In this document: piece by piece, positions 36,779-45,916 of the stretch
Layout of the letters: each line of letters starts with the position of its first letter
Numbering within the stretch: position 1 is the stretch's first letter
Assembly (NCBI GenBank): GCA_965217775.1
Contig: CBDCJH010000002.1
Span: forward strand, 1,248,001 to 1,312,000
From: Acidobacteriota bacterium
Lineage (GTDB): Bacteria; Acidobacteriota; UBA6911; RPQK01; JAJDTT01
Direction: 5' to 3'
Length of the DNA: 64,000 nucleotides
Position numbers and translations under genes: made by a program
Notes under the pieces: model-generated
Told to the model about the DNA's origin: nothing
Database searches by the model: none
Seen by the model: the letters and a program-made list of their open reading frames with translations, nothing else

Positions 36779-38782
36779 TCAACGCCCCCAGAGTCCGCGG
36801 CCGGCGGCGCGTGCCTCCTGCTCCAGTTGTCGGAACCTGTCGACATGCTCGAACCGGCTCCGTGTGTTCACCCGGGCATATCCCTGCCGGATGATCTCTG
36901 CATTGACGAAGGTTCCGTCCTGGAGATGCAGGTAGCCGAGAAACCGGCCATAGACGTCGACGCCGACCGCGCTCCAGGTCACCGCTTTTCCCTCCAGGTA
37001 TTCCACCGCCCAATCTCTGGCCCGTCGTCCCGCGCGCCGCCGACGCTCCGGCGCATCCACCCCTTTGAACCGCACGCGGAAACGGCGGCACATGCTGGCG
37101 ATCTCGACCGTGTCGCCGTCGATCACCCTGAAGATGCGTCCCGCTGCGGCCGTCGCTGGTTCCATGGCGAGGGTCGAAAGTGCCAGGTCCGGAAGGCAGG
37201 ATCGTCCAATCAGAGCCAGGAGCAGCACCGCTCCGGCGCCTGCGCTCACGGTCCAGAATCGCCGCCGTCCCGAATTCGAGGCCGTTTCCCGCACGACCCA
37301 TGCCCTTTCGCCGAGGTCTGGAACCGATGCAGAGCCCGTCGCCCGGTACCGGCGGCGATTGAGCCTCGCGTTGCGGACGAAGACGTAGACGGCAACCGCA
37401 GCGACTGCGGCCACAGCTACCTCGGCCATGATCATTCGGACCGTGATCGACGACAACAACGGTGACGTGCGTTGCCCAATGGAAAGCCAGTCGACGACGC
37501 GGTCCTGCTGGCCGGAGTAGAAGAGCATCGTCGGAACCAGGAAGAAACCCATCAGTTGCGCGCGGCGCACCTTGAAGTAGCAAGGAATCAACCCGACGGC
37601 TGTCGCCGAGCCCAGGATCACCAGACCGCCTCCGCCCAGCAGCAGGTACGTGAGCACCGTCAGGAAGACGACGACGCTCCAGTTGAGCCCGATGTCGTCG
37701 ACGCTGCGGAAACCGGCCGCGAAACGCCGTCCCAGACGCCACATGATCAGGCAGGAGCCGGCGCCGGCGACAGTCATGAACAGGAGTATCTGAAGCAGGT
37801 CCGGGCGGGTGACGGAGCCACCCAGGATCTGCTCGACGGCAATCGACGCCCCGCTGCGACTCCGGCCAATGAGGTACAGCGCCACGATCGCGAACATCGC
37901 TTCGGAGGTATTCAGGGACGATGTCGTCACCAGATAGGCACGGTCCCGTTCATCGCCGGTCCCGCGGCGGCCGCGCCACCGTTCCAGCAACAGGAGCAGG
38001 GCTGCCGCATTGGCCCCCCCGAGCCCAGGTAACAGGCCGACCATCAGGCCCGCCAGGCCGCCCCGCCCCCCGGCCCAGGCAGCGCGGACTGCCGGGAGCC
38101 CCAATGCCGGCGAATTATTGGCCCGTCCGTCAGGAGCGGGAAGGCCGGAACCGCCGGCGGTGCCGATGGCAAACAGAAGACCCGCAACGCCGAACATCCC
38201 TGCCAGACTCGGAAACAGCGCATTCACCGGCGCGTCGGCGCCGCCGGCGACCAGAGGTGACCCGAGCACGGCGACTCCCAGCAGGCCGCTGGCCAGAAAC
38301 GTGACCAGCGACCAGGACCAGGGTCGGTCGGTGGCGATCAGGATGACCGACACCCCCGCCAGAACCAGGAACATCCAGGGATTGATCAGGCTTTCGACCG
38401 CACCGATGACGTTCCCCAACGTAAGCAGTGCGGCCACTACCAGAAGTCCGAGGATCAGGCCGGCGGCACTCCCCAAGACCGACAGCCGTATGGCCGCTTC
38501 TCCCTCGCCGCGCTTGACCAGCCGGTGTGCCGGAAGGAGGGCGAAAGTCTCGTCCCCCGGAACTCCGAGAAAGAGACCGGGGACCACGTCGAAGAAGGTG
38601 TGCGAGATGGCGAGAGAGCAGGTGAAGGCCAGCAGCGCCGACTAGTCGATGCCGATCGCGGCGCAACTCGCGCTTCCGGCCAGAAGCAACGCGGTGACCG
38701 TGTTGACGTGAATTCCGGGGACCAGGCCGGTGAGAATGCCGGTGAGGGTGCCGAGAAAAGAGGCGAGGGCGAGAATGATCAC
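36779..38782 (-). pseudogene. Archaeal-type TctA/DUF112 membrane protein fused to a C-terminal thermonuclease (SNase); interrupted by an in-frame TAG at codon 47
   Basis: Upstream of the ORF-track start the same frame reads VIILALASFLGTLTGILTGLVPGIHVNT..GID*SALL..SHTFFDVVPGLFLGVP; RSRSG motif; C-terminal VIDGDT..RFKGVDAPE..DVYGRFLG..GYA..EARAAGRGLW. Confidence 0.8.
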
Positions 38783-38785
38783 GGG

Positions 38786-39649
38786 TTAATCGGCCCTCAC
38801 GACCCTTTTCACGACCAAGGACGGCCGTCCCCGGTACTCGTCGACATCGGCGGTGACTACGATCCGAGCGCCGGACCTCAACAGCTCGACTTCACGGTAG
38901 GTCCGGTCCCCCTGAAAAATGATGCCCTGGACCGTTTCCCGCTCAGGTGCACGAGGGTCGGTGAACGTCAGACGCAGGTGGTGCCGGCCGCGCCGGCTCG
39001 TGAATGGTTCCACGCGGACCGCCCGCACCGGGCCTACCCTCAGGCGTTCCCCCTTCCGCAATGCCGCTTGGGCAAGTGGGACGGCTTGCCCGGATTCCTG
39101 TGTCCTCAGGACCAGGACGTGCGCGGCCGACAAGGGCCTGAGTTGCGGCAGACCGCCATAGCTTCCCAGGTTTCCCGTGACGCGGACGCTCTCACCGCGG
39201 ACCGGCTTGACGGGCAACGGACCCAGCGAGGGAAACACCGGCACGTCAAGGTATATCAGCCCGTGGCAAAAGTCATCACGGCATTCGACCGTCCCTGCAT
39301 CCCGGCGGACGGCGTTGCGATTCGGGCACATACTCCCGGTATGCACCCGAATCGCGCCTTGTCCGGCGGGCGCAGGAACGGTCTCGGTGCTCGCGGGACT
39401 TTCACCACGGACTGATATGTCCAATTCGGGATCGTGAAGTCTGACGACCAGGATTCTTTTCGGCGTCATCCGTACCGAAGTCACCCGGCCCTCAAACCGG
39501 AAGGTGGCGCCCGAGGATCGGGGATCGGCGATATGGCCGGAGGTCAGCCGAGGCAGATCCGCGTGTATGTCCGGATACCTCCACCATCGGTTCACGGCGA
39601 ACAGCAACATCAGGGCGGCGAGGCTGAGCACCAAAACCAGGGTCTTCAT
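38786..39649 (-). CDS. Membrane-anchored tandem OB-fold protein (nucleic-acid-binding-like) with a 54-aa MITE-derived insert
   Basis: N-terminal hydrophobic anchor; two OB-like units (FEGRVTSV..VRVTGNLGSYGGLPQL and IVVTADVDEYRGRPSL); stop lies 3 nt before the TctA-like start. Confidence 0.72.
   Translation of the reverse strand: MKTLVLVLSLAALMLLFAVNRWWRYPDIHADLPRLTSGHIADPRSSGATFRFEGRVTSVRMTPKRILVVRLHDPELDISVRGESPASTETVPAPAGQGAIRVHTGSMCPNRNAVRRDAGTVECRDDFCHGLIYLDVPVFPSLGPLPVKPVRGESVRVTGNLGSYGGLPQLRPLSAAHVLVLRTQESGQAVPLAQAALRKGERLRVGPVRAVRVEPFTSRRGRHHLRLTFTDPRAPERETVQGIIFQGDRTYREVELLRSGARIVVTADVDEYRGRPSLVVKRVVRAD
39257..39414. mobile_element. 158-bp MITE family 2, complete copy, inserted in-frame in the OB-fold gene
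   Basis: 18-bp TIRs CAGCCCGTGGCAAAAGTC / GACTTTCACCACGGACTG (15/18), ATAT duplication on both sides, internal hairpin GCGATTCGGG..CCCGAATCGC. Confidence 0.88.
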
Positions 39650-39761
39650 GGGATTTGCGCGGCGGGGCCGATGACGCCATCCTTCCGTTTGGTCACGGCG
39701 TGCGGTGGCCGCTTCCTCCGGACGCTGCTTCTACCGCTCCTCACGGATCCTCGGCGTGGGA

Positions 39762-40835
39762 TCAGAGCGGCGGATCGAGTCCGAATTTCCGGCTGGTCGC
39801 TTCGATCCAGGGGAGCACGGCAGGGGAAACCGGTATGCCATGTTGGATCCGGTGCTGATAGGTCCGGTGCTCCAGCTCGCCGGGGACCAGGACCCGGTCG
39901 TGGCCGGCCACGGTGGGGGTCCGGTGCAGAGTGTCGATCAGGTCGTCCAACATGGCCTTGAACTGGGCCGCCGGCTGGAACGCCGCGACGTCGATGGCCG
40001 CCACCCAGTGGTAGTTCTCCCCGGCCACGATTCGAGGGCCGATGTTCCCACCGGCCAGCACGCCACAGAGAATTTCCACCACGAGCCCCAGGCCATAGCC
40101 CTTGTGCCCGCCATGGAGAAGACCCGCACCGCCCAGAGGCAGGTGCGACCCGGACTGAAGCCCCACAGTGGCGTCCGTCAAGGGATTCCCCTGCTCATCC
40201 ACCATCCAACCTTCAGGCATCTTTTTCTGGGCCAAGTGGGAGAGATAGACCTTCCCACCGGAGACCACCGTGGTGGCCATGTCCAGTTCGAAAGGCGGAT
40301 GTTTTCCGGCGGGTGCCGCCAGGCTCATGGGATTGGTGCCGAGGCGCGCCTTGCGGCCGAAGGTGGGGACGGCGGCCGGCATGGTGCTGGTCATGGTGAT
40401 GCCGATCATGTCCTGAGCCACGGCCATCAGGGGATAGTAGGCGCACATTCCCAGGTGCGTGCTCCGCGTCACCGAGACCATGCCGATGCCGTGGATGCGA
40501 GCGCGTTCGATGGCCAGCTCCATGGCTTCCCAGGCGGCCACCTGACCGAAACCCCAGTCGCCGTCCAGCAACAGAGCCGCGCCCTGGTCCTTGAGGATCT
40601 TGAGTTTCGGCTCCAGGTTGATCTCTTGCAGGTCGGGTCTGACCTGATCGATGCGGTCCAGGTAGGGCTGTACACAGACGAAGACCCCGTGGGTGTCGAC
40701 CCCTCTCAGGTCGGCCTTGATCATGACCTCGGTCACGCGTTCCGCATCCCGGGGCGGCGTCCCCTTGGCCAAGAGGATCTGCTCGGTCCAGCGGCGGAGG
40801 GGTTCGGCGTGGACGCAGGTTTCAGATGGGTTCAT
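39762..40835 (-). CDS. Ldh_2 family oxidoreductase (malate/L-lactate/ureidoglycolate dehydrogenase-like)
   Basis: ADLRGVDTHG, STHLG, GTNPMS, LDMATT, GHKGYGL, VLVPGE. Confidence 0.9.
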   Translation of the reverse strand: MNPSETCVHAEPLRRWTEQILLAKGTPPRDAERVTEVMIKADLRGVDTHGVFVCVQPYLDRIDQVRPDLQEINLEPKLKILKDQGAALLLDGDWGFGQVAAWEAMELAIERARIHGIGMVSVTRSTHLGMCAYYPLMAVAQDMIGITMTSTMPAAVPTFGRKARLGTNPMSLAAPAGKHPPFELDMATTVVSGGKVYLSHLAQKKMPEGWMVDEQGNPLTDATVGLQSGSHLPLGGAGLLHGGHKGYGLGLVVEILCGVLAGGNIGPRIVAGENYHWVAAIDVAAFQPAAQFKAMLDDLIDTLHRTPTVAGHDRVLVPGELEHRTYQHRIQHGIPVSPAVLPWIEATSRKFGLDPPL

Positions 40836-40904
40836 GGTCTTGTCTTCTTCCTTGTCGATGCCGTCGGGATCTCGATCCGCCGGCCGCAGAGCCCTCGAAT
40901 CGGA

Positions 40905-41816
40905 CTACGCGTTGGGCCACTGCCTCATGTCCAGAAGCCGCAGGGGAAGCTCGGGAACCGCCCGGTCGATCCGCTCCATGGTTTCGCGGCTCAACATCCC
41001 CCTGCCGATCCATCCCAGGTTGTCCTCCAGCTGTGCCAGGGTCTCCAGGCCGGTCAGCACCCCGAGGACACCCGGAAGGGACGCGACATAGCGAAGGGCC
41101 AGGGAGGCCAAGCCCTGGTTCCCCGCGATTCGGTCCAACTCGCGGCGGACGGGATGCAGTTCCTGAAGAAAATCGGGCAGGTCGTCGTCGGACAGTCCCA
41201 GCACACCCTGCAGATAAACGCTGCGGACGAACACGGCGATTCCCCGTCGCTGCGCCCGGGTCGGAATCCCGCATCGAAGGAAGCGCCGGTCCAGGATGTT
41301 GGTGGGAAGCTGGATCGCTTCGATGCCCTCCAGGGACAGCGCCTCCAACGCCTGTTCCGGTTCGTAGACCGAAACCCCCACGTGTTCGACGTAACCCTTC
41401 TCCTTGAGAGCCAGTGCGGCGTCCAGGTAGGGCAGGTCGTCGTAGCGGTGAAACAGGCAGAGGGGCAACCGGTCAAGTCCCAGGTTGCGGAGGGCCCGGA
41501 CGATGCCCCGTTCCAGAAACCGGTCGGGATGTTCGTCCCCGGATTGATGAACCCAGGGGAATTTGGTGATCACGAAGGCCCGGTCCCGCAATCCCAGGTC
41601 CTTCAGGGCCCGGCCCAGGACCACCTCCGACTCGCCGTACAATGCAGCCGTATCCAAGGCATTCACGCCCCCCTCGAAGGCCCGTTCCAAGATCTTCAGG
41701 ACGGCCTGGTAGGAAGGCTGGCCCACTTGGTTGGCGATGCCGTAGTCGAAGCCGAACTGGGCGGTTCCCAAGACCAGTTGGGAGAGAGTATGTCCGTGAA
41801 AATCGACCGTCTTCAT
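40905..41816 (-). CDS. Aldo/keto reductase
   Basis: LVLGTAQFGFDYG, LDTAALYGESE, VITK, GVSVY, VRSVYLQG; true start MKTVDF at 41816. Confidence 0.88.
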   Translation of the reverse strand: MKTVDFHGHTLSQLVLGTAQFGFDYGIANQVGQPSYQAVLKILERAFEGGVNALDTAALYGESEVVLGRALKDLGLRDRAFVITKFPWVHQSGDEHPDRFLERGIVRALRNLGLDRLPLCLFHRYDDLPYLDAALALKEKGYVEHVGVSVYEPEQALEALSLEGIEAIQLPTNILDRRFLRCGIPTRAQRRGIAVFVRSVYLQGVLGLSDDDLPDFLQELHPVRRELDRIAGNQGLASLALRYVASLPGVLGVLTGLETLAQLEDNLGWIGRGMLSRETMERIDRAVPELPLRLLDMRQWPNA

Positions 41817-41830
41817 GGCGCCGGGTTTAG

Positions 41831-43318
41831 TCACATTTCCTTCTGCTGCGTCTGAATGGTCAAGCCCTCCAGCCGTGGGAGGGGAATTCGAGTCGTGAAA
41901 AGGCTCAGGAGGTATCCCGAGACCAGTGTGACGACACTGCCCAGCGGGGCGTACCAGAGGAAGCTCATGGAGGTCCACTGGGCCGCCGAGGTGACTGCCA
42001 CGAACCCCGCCGCGGCCCCGATCAAGGCGCCGGCGGGCGTGGCTCGGGTCGTGAGCACGCCCAACATGAAGATGCCCAACATGCTTCCGGTGAAGAAACC
42101 GGCCAGGGTCTTGGATGCCGACAGAATGTTCGGGAAATTCCCGATGTAAAGGGCGAAAAAGGTCGCCACGCCGCCCCAGAACACGGTGAAGAGGCGGGAC
42201 AGGTTCAGGTAGGTCCTCTCCTCGGCCTCCGGCCACACGTAGCGCTGGTAGAGATCCTTCATGGTGGACGTAGACAGCGAGTTGATGGCCGAGTCGATGG
42301 TGGACATGGCGGCCGCGAACATGGCCGCGATGAAGATTCCCGAGATCCCTGCCGGGAGTTCGTGGACGACGAAATGGGGAAGCACGGCGTCCCCCTTGAG
42401 TCCTTCGGCCAAGCGGTCCGGAAACTGTTGGTAGAAGACGTAGAGGGCGCCCCCCACGAAGAGGAGCAGCGCTACTGCGGGCACCACCATGACTGCGTTC
42501 AAGAGCATGGAATTCCGGCCCGCCCGAAGGGTCGGCGTGGTCAGGTACCGCTGAAGCGTCATCTGGTCCGCGCCGTACATGGAGAGATGGATGAAGAATC
42601 CGTTGACGAGGACGGCCCACAGGGTCACCTCTGCCCAGGTCCCCCAACCGAGCTCGACCCGGAAAGGTCCCCCGTCGGAGGCCGCGGCCACGATTTCGCC
42701 CACTCCTCCCTCGACCCGCAAGGCCAGGATTACGGTCACCAGGATGAGTCCCCCGAACAGGACCGTGGCCTGGACCACGTCGGTCCAGATGACCGCCTTC
42801 ATCCCACCCAGCAAGGTGTAAAGGGTCGCCAATCCGCCGACGATGAATATGGTCCATTTCAACTCGAGTCCGGTGACTGTGGAGAGGACCAGGGAGGGCG
42901 CATAGATGACCACGGCCAGGTAGCTTCCCCGCAACAACAGGAAGAGCAGGCTGGAAGCCAGGCGGACCGATGAATTGAAGCGCCGTTCCAGATACTCGTA
43001 GGCGGTGAAGACACGAAGCCGGTGGTAGAAGGGCAGGAACACCCAGATGACGATGGGGGTGCAGATGGGAATGGTCACGAAGGTCAGGCCCAGGGTCAGA
43101 TCGTTCTCGTAGACCCAGCCGGGGCTGCCCAGCAGGCTGATGGCGGAGAACAGGGTGGCGAAGATCGAGATCCCGACCGCGACCCAGGGCATTCTCCGGC
43201 CCGCCAGGAAGTAGTCTTCGGTGTTGTGCTGACCGCGGAAAAAGAAGGACCCCATCCCTACGACCAGGGCGATGTAGAAGATGAGGACGGCGTTGTCGAG
43301 AGCTGTGAATCCCTGCAA
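41831..43318 (-). CDS. Sodium:solute symporter (SiaT/sugar-acid-like branch)
   Basis: YFLAGRRMPW, TAYEYLERRF, GGMKAVIWTDVVQ, DQMTLQRY, AAMSTIDS. Confidence 0.9.
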   Translation of the reverse strand: MQGFTALDNAVLIFYIALVVGMGSFFFRGQHNTEDYFLAGRRMPWVAVGISIFATLFSAISLLGSPGWVYENDLTLGLTFVTIPICTPIVIWVFLPFYHRLRVFTAYEYLERRFNSSVRLASSLLFLLLRGSYLAVVIYAPSLVLSTVTGLELKWTIFIVGGLATLYTLLGGMKAVIWTDVVQATVLFGGLILVTVILALRVEGGVGEIVAAASDGGPFRVELGWGTWAEVTLWAVLVNGFFIHLSMYGADQMTLQRYLTTPTLRAGRNSMLLNAVMVVPAVALLLFVGGALYVFYQQFPDRLAEGLKGDAVLPHFVVHELPAGISGIFIAAMFAAAMSTIDSAINSLSTSTMKDLYQRYVWPEAEERTYLNLSRLFTVFWGGVATFFALYIGNFPNILSASKTLAGFFTGSMLGIFMLGVLTTRATPAGALIGAAAGFVAVTSAAQWTSMSFLWYAPLGSVVTLVSGYLLSLFTTRIPLPRLEGLTIQTQQKEM

Positions 43319-43613
43319 TCAGACCTCGAGCCTGCGGTTCCCGACCCGGAAAGGCGAAAGGTCGCCAGGTTCCGGATCAGCAGGCAAATCGTCAACCGGC
43401 CGGACAACCCGGATCGGCTGAACGAAGCTGAACATAAAGAGCGTCCCGTAGGCTGTCAAGAATGGCGGAATCAAGCGTCAGCGGGGCCGGACACGGGAAT
43501 GGGAGTTTTTCAACCCGCGAATCCGGCGGGTGCGGAGGACTCAAGTGCCGCCCTTCATTCGGGTTCGGACGCTCGAATCGGCACTTCCAGGTTCTTGACC
43601 CATTGCCGGGCCT

Positions 43614-44675
43614 GTGATTGACTCGCAGACCGCCTGCCGAGCCTTGGAAGGAAGGTACGCATTGATCGGTCCTCTTGATCCCCGACCCGTTGCGGCATCC
43701 GAATCCCCTGACCGGCCCGTCGATTCCGAGCTGACCTGGGACTACCTGAACCTGGGCCAGTACCGGAGGCGGCTGGCCACGGGCATGCCCCCCTTGCTCA
43801 TCTCCTGCGCCACGACGGGAGGTCATCAGAAGACAGAAAATCCGGGCGTTCCCGTCACCGCCGGGGAACAGGCCGAGACCGCGCCGCAGGTGGCCGCCGC
43901 CGGGGCCCAGATCATTCATATCCACGGCCGCGACCCCGACGATCCCACGCGGGAGACCGACCGGGCCGAACGGTACCTGCAGATCAATGCCCGGATCCGG
44001 GCCCAGGAGCCGGACATCATCATCGACAACACGCAGGCGGTCGCGCCCATCGAGTCCACGGACGACGAACTGGGCGGGACGGTCTACCGTTACGAATCGC
44101 TGCCCCTGGAGGCCCGTCCCGAGATCATGGCCCTCAATCCGGGCCCCATGACCTTTCGGGGGAACGAAAGTTCTCCCAGCGTCGTCCTGGCGACCACCTT
44201 CGACCACACCGAGCGGGCGGCCCATGCTCTCCGGGAGCGGGGCATCAAACCTCAGGTCTTTCTCTACCATCCGGGTCACCTGGATCTGCTGGAGTATCTG
44301 ATCGTCCGCGACGCACTGGACGAGCCCTACTTCGTCCAACTGGTCTTCGGGCAGCAGAGTGGCATCGGGACGAGTCCCGACAACGTCCTCTCCATGGTCC
44401 GGAACCTTCCGCCGGGCTGCATCTTCCAGACCTGCGCCCTGGGACTGGAGGCGATCCAGGTCAATACCCTGGCCATCCTCCTGGGAGGCCACGTACGCAC
44501 CGGCATGGAGGACTGCATCGACTATCAGCGGGATGAACCGGCCCTCGACAACGCCCAACTGGTCCGGCGGGTGGCGCGTATCGCCAAGGACCTGGGGCGC
44601 CGGGTGGCCACGATTCAGGAAGCCCGCCGGATGTTGGGACTGGGGGCTCCCAGCCAATACCGTTCGTCAACTTGA
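43614..44675 (+). CDS. Beta-keto acid cleavage enzyme family (BKACE/DUF849, Kce-like)
   Basis: NPGVPVT, AAAGAQIIHIHGRD (HxH), GGHVRTGMED, NAQLV..LGRRVAT..EARRMLGL. Confidence 0.88.
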   Translation: MIDSQTACRALEGRYALIGPLDPRPVAASESPDRPVDSELTWDYLNLGQYRRRLATGMPPLLISCATTGGHQKTENPGVPVTAGEQAETAPQVAAAGAQIIHIHGRDPDDPTRETDRAERYLQINARIRAQEPDIIIDNTQAVAPIESTDDELGGTVYRYESLPLEARPEIMALNPGPMTFRGNESSPSVVLATTFDHTERAAHALRERGIKPQVFLYHPGHLDLLEYLIVRDALDEPYFVQLVFGQQSGIGTSPDNVLSMVRNLPPGCIFQTCALGLEAIQVNTLAILLGGHVRTGMEDCIDYQRDEPALDNAQLVRRVARIAKDLGRRVATIQEARRMLGLGAPSQYRSST

Positions 44676-44680
44676 GGTAG

Positions 44681-45916
44681 GTGGCTCTCATGTCCGACCC
44701 TTTGCTTATCCGCAATGCCCGGATCGTCGACGTCTCCAACGGAGCGATAGAAGCGGGCCGCTCGGTTCTGGTTCGCCGAGACCGGATCGAGGCGGTCGGC
44801 CGGTTCCCCGGCTGGAGCGGGGCGTCGCTGGACGCCGCCGGTAGTTATCTCTGTCCCGGCCTCATCGACTGCCACGTCCACTTCTTTTTGGACGCGGGCC
44901 CCGATCCGAGAGGGTCTTATATCAGCAGCGACGACTCGGGCCGGATGGCAACGGCGCGGAAGAATGCCCGGCTGGCGATCCAGGCCGGCATCACCACCAT
45001 GCGCGATTGCGCCGCGCCGGGACACCTCATGGTCCGGTTCCAGCGCCAAGTGGATGCGGGCGACGTTCCGGGCCCGCACATCATCAGCTGCGGCTACGCG
45101 CTCATGCGCCCCAAGGGGCACTGTTATTTTCTGGGCGGCGAGGTGGCCACGGTCCGGGATTTGCGCGAAAGAATCGAGTGGAACCTGAGCCACGGGGCGG
45201 GATTCGTGAAGCTCATGGCCTCGGGAGGCGGCCTCACGCCGGGAACCATCCCCCACGAGGCGGATCTGCCGGTGGAGATCATGAAGGCGGCGGTTCGGGA
45301 GGCTCACGCCAACGGGGTCCGGATCACGGCGCATTGCCATGCCACCGACAGCATCCGCCGGGGCATCGAGGTGGGGCTGGACATGATCGAGCACGCCAGC
45401 TTCGTGGAGTCGCCGGGACGATACCGGTATGACGAGGAGCTGACGCGGCAGATTCGGGACGCGGGAATCATCGTGAGCCCGACCGTCTACTCGGCATTGC
45501 AGACCGCGCGGCGCTTCCGGGCAGCGGGGGCAGCCCACAACCCGGGCGACGTGGCCGCGGTCGAGCGTCTGGAGGGGCGGTTGATCAACACGGGACATTT
45601 CCGCCGCCTGGGGATGAAGATCATCGGGGGAACCGATTGCGGCGCCACCAACACGCCGTTTGACAGCCTCGTGGACGAACTCGACAGCTACACCGAAGCC
45701 GGCCTCACCCGGACCGAGGCGCTCCGGTCCGTCACCGACATGGGCGCGTATTATCTCGGCCTTTCCCAAATCGGCCAGGTCAGACCCGGACACCGGGCCG
45801 ACCTGACGTTGCTGGAAGGAAACCCCCTGGAGGATCTGGAAGTGCTGCGGCAGCCTCTCAAGGTCTACAAGTCGGGGAGACTCGTCCACGAACGGAACGG
45901 CGGAGACGCGGTCTGA
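44681..45916 (+). CDS. Metal-dependent amidohydrolase
   Basis: PGLIDCHVH, GITTMRD, VKLMASGG, AHCH, IEHAS, GGTDCG, ADLTLLEGNPLED. Confidence 0.9.
   Translation: MALMSDPLLIRNARIVDVSNGAIEAGRSVLVRRDRIEAVGRFPGWSGASLDAAGSYLCPGLIDCHVHFFLDAGPDPRGSYISSDDSGRMATARKNARLAIQAGITTMRDCAAPGHLMVRFQRQVDAGDVPGPHIISCGYALMRPKGHCYFLGGEVATVRDLRERIEWNLSHGAGFVKLMASGGGLTPGTIPHEADLPVEIMKAAVREAHANGVRITAHCHATDSIRRGIEVGLDMIEHASFVESPGRYRYDEELTRQIRDAGIIVSPTVYSALQTARRFRAAGAAHNPGDVAAVERLEGRLINTGHFRRLGMKIIGGTDCGATNTPFDSLVDELDSYTEAGLTRTEALRSVTDMGAYYLGLSQIGQVRPGHRADLTLLEGNPLEDLEVLRQPLKVYKSGRLVHERNGGDAV

Noticed and set aside
35402-37465. 687-aa plus-strand ORF, and similar long ORFs such as 39705..41855, 48751..51381, 10735..12342 and 33746..35395
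   Set aside because: They are antisense shadows of well-supported genes in high-GC DNA and have no recognisable motifs.
38642-38644. Genome-wide amber recoding or pyrrolysine
   Set aside because: TAG terminates several clearly complete genes in the window, and no pyl genes are present here.
41817-42857. Apparent 650-aa AKR with a long N-terminal extension
   Set aside because: The extension overlaps the SSS gene in another frame; the AKR starts at 41816.
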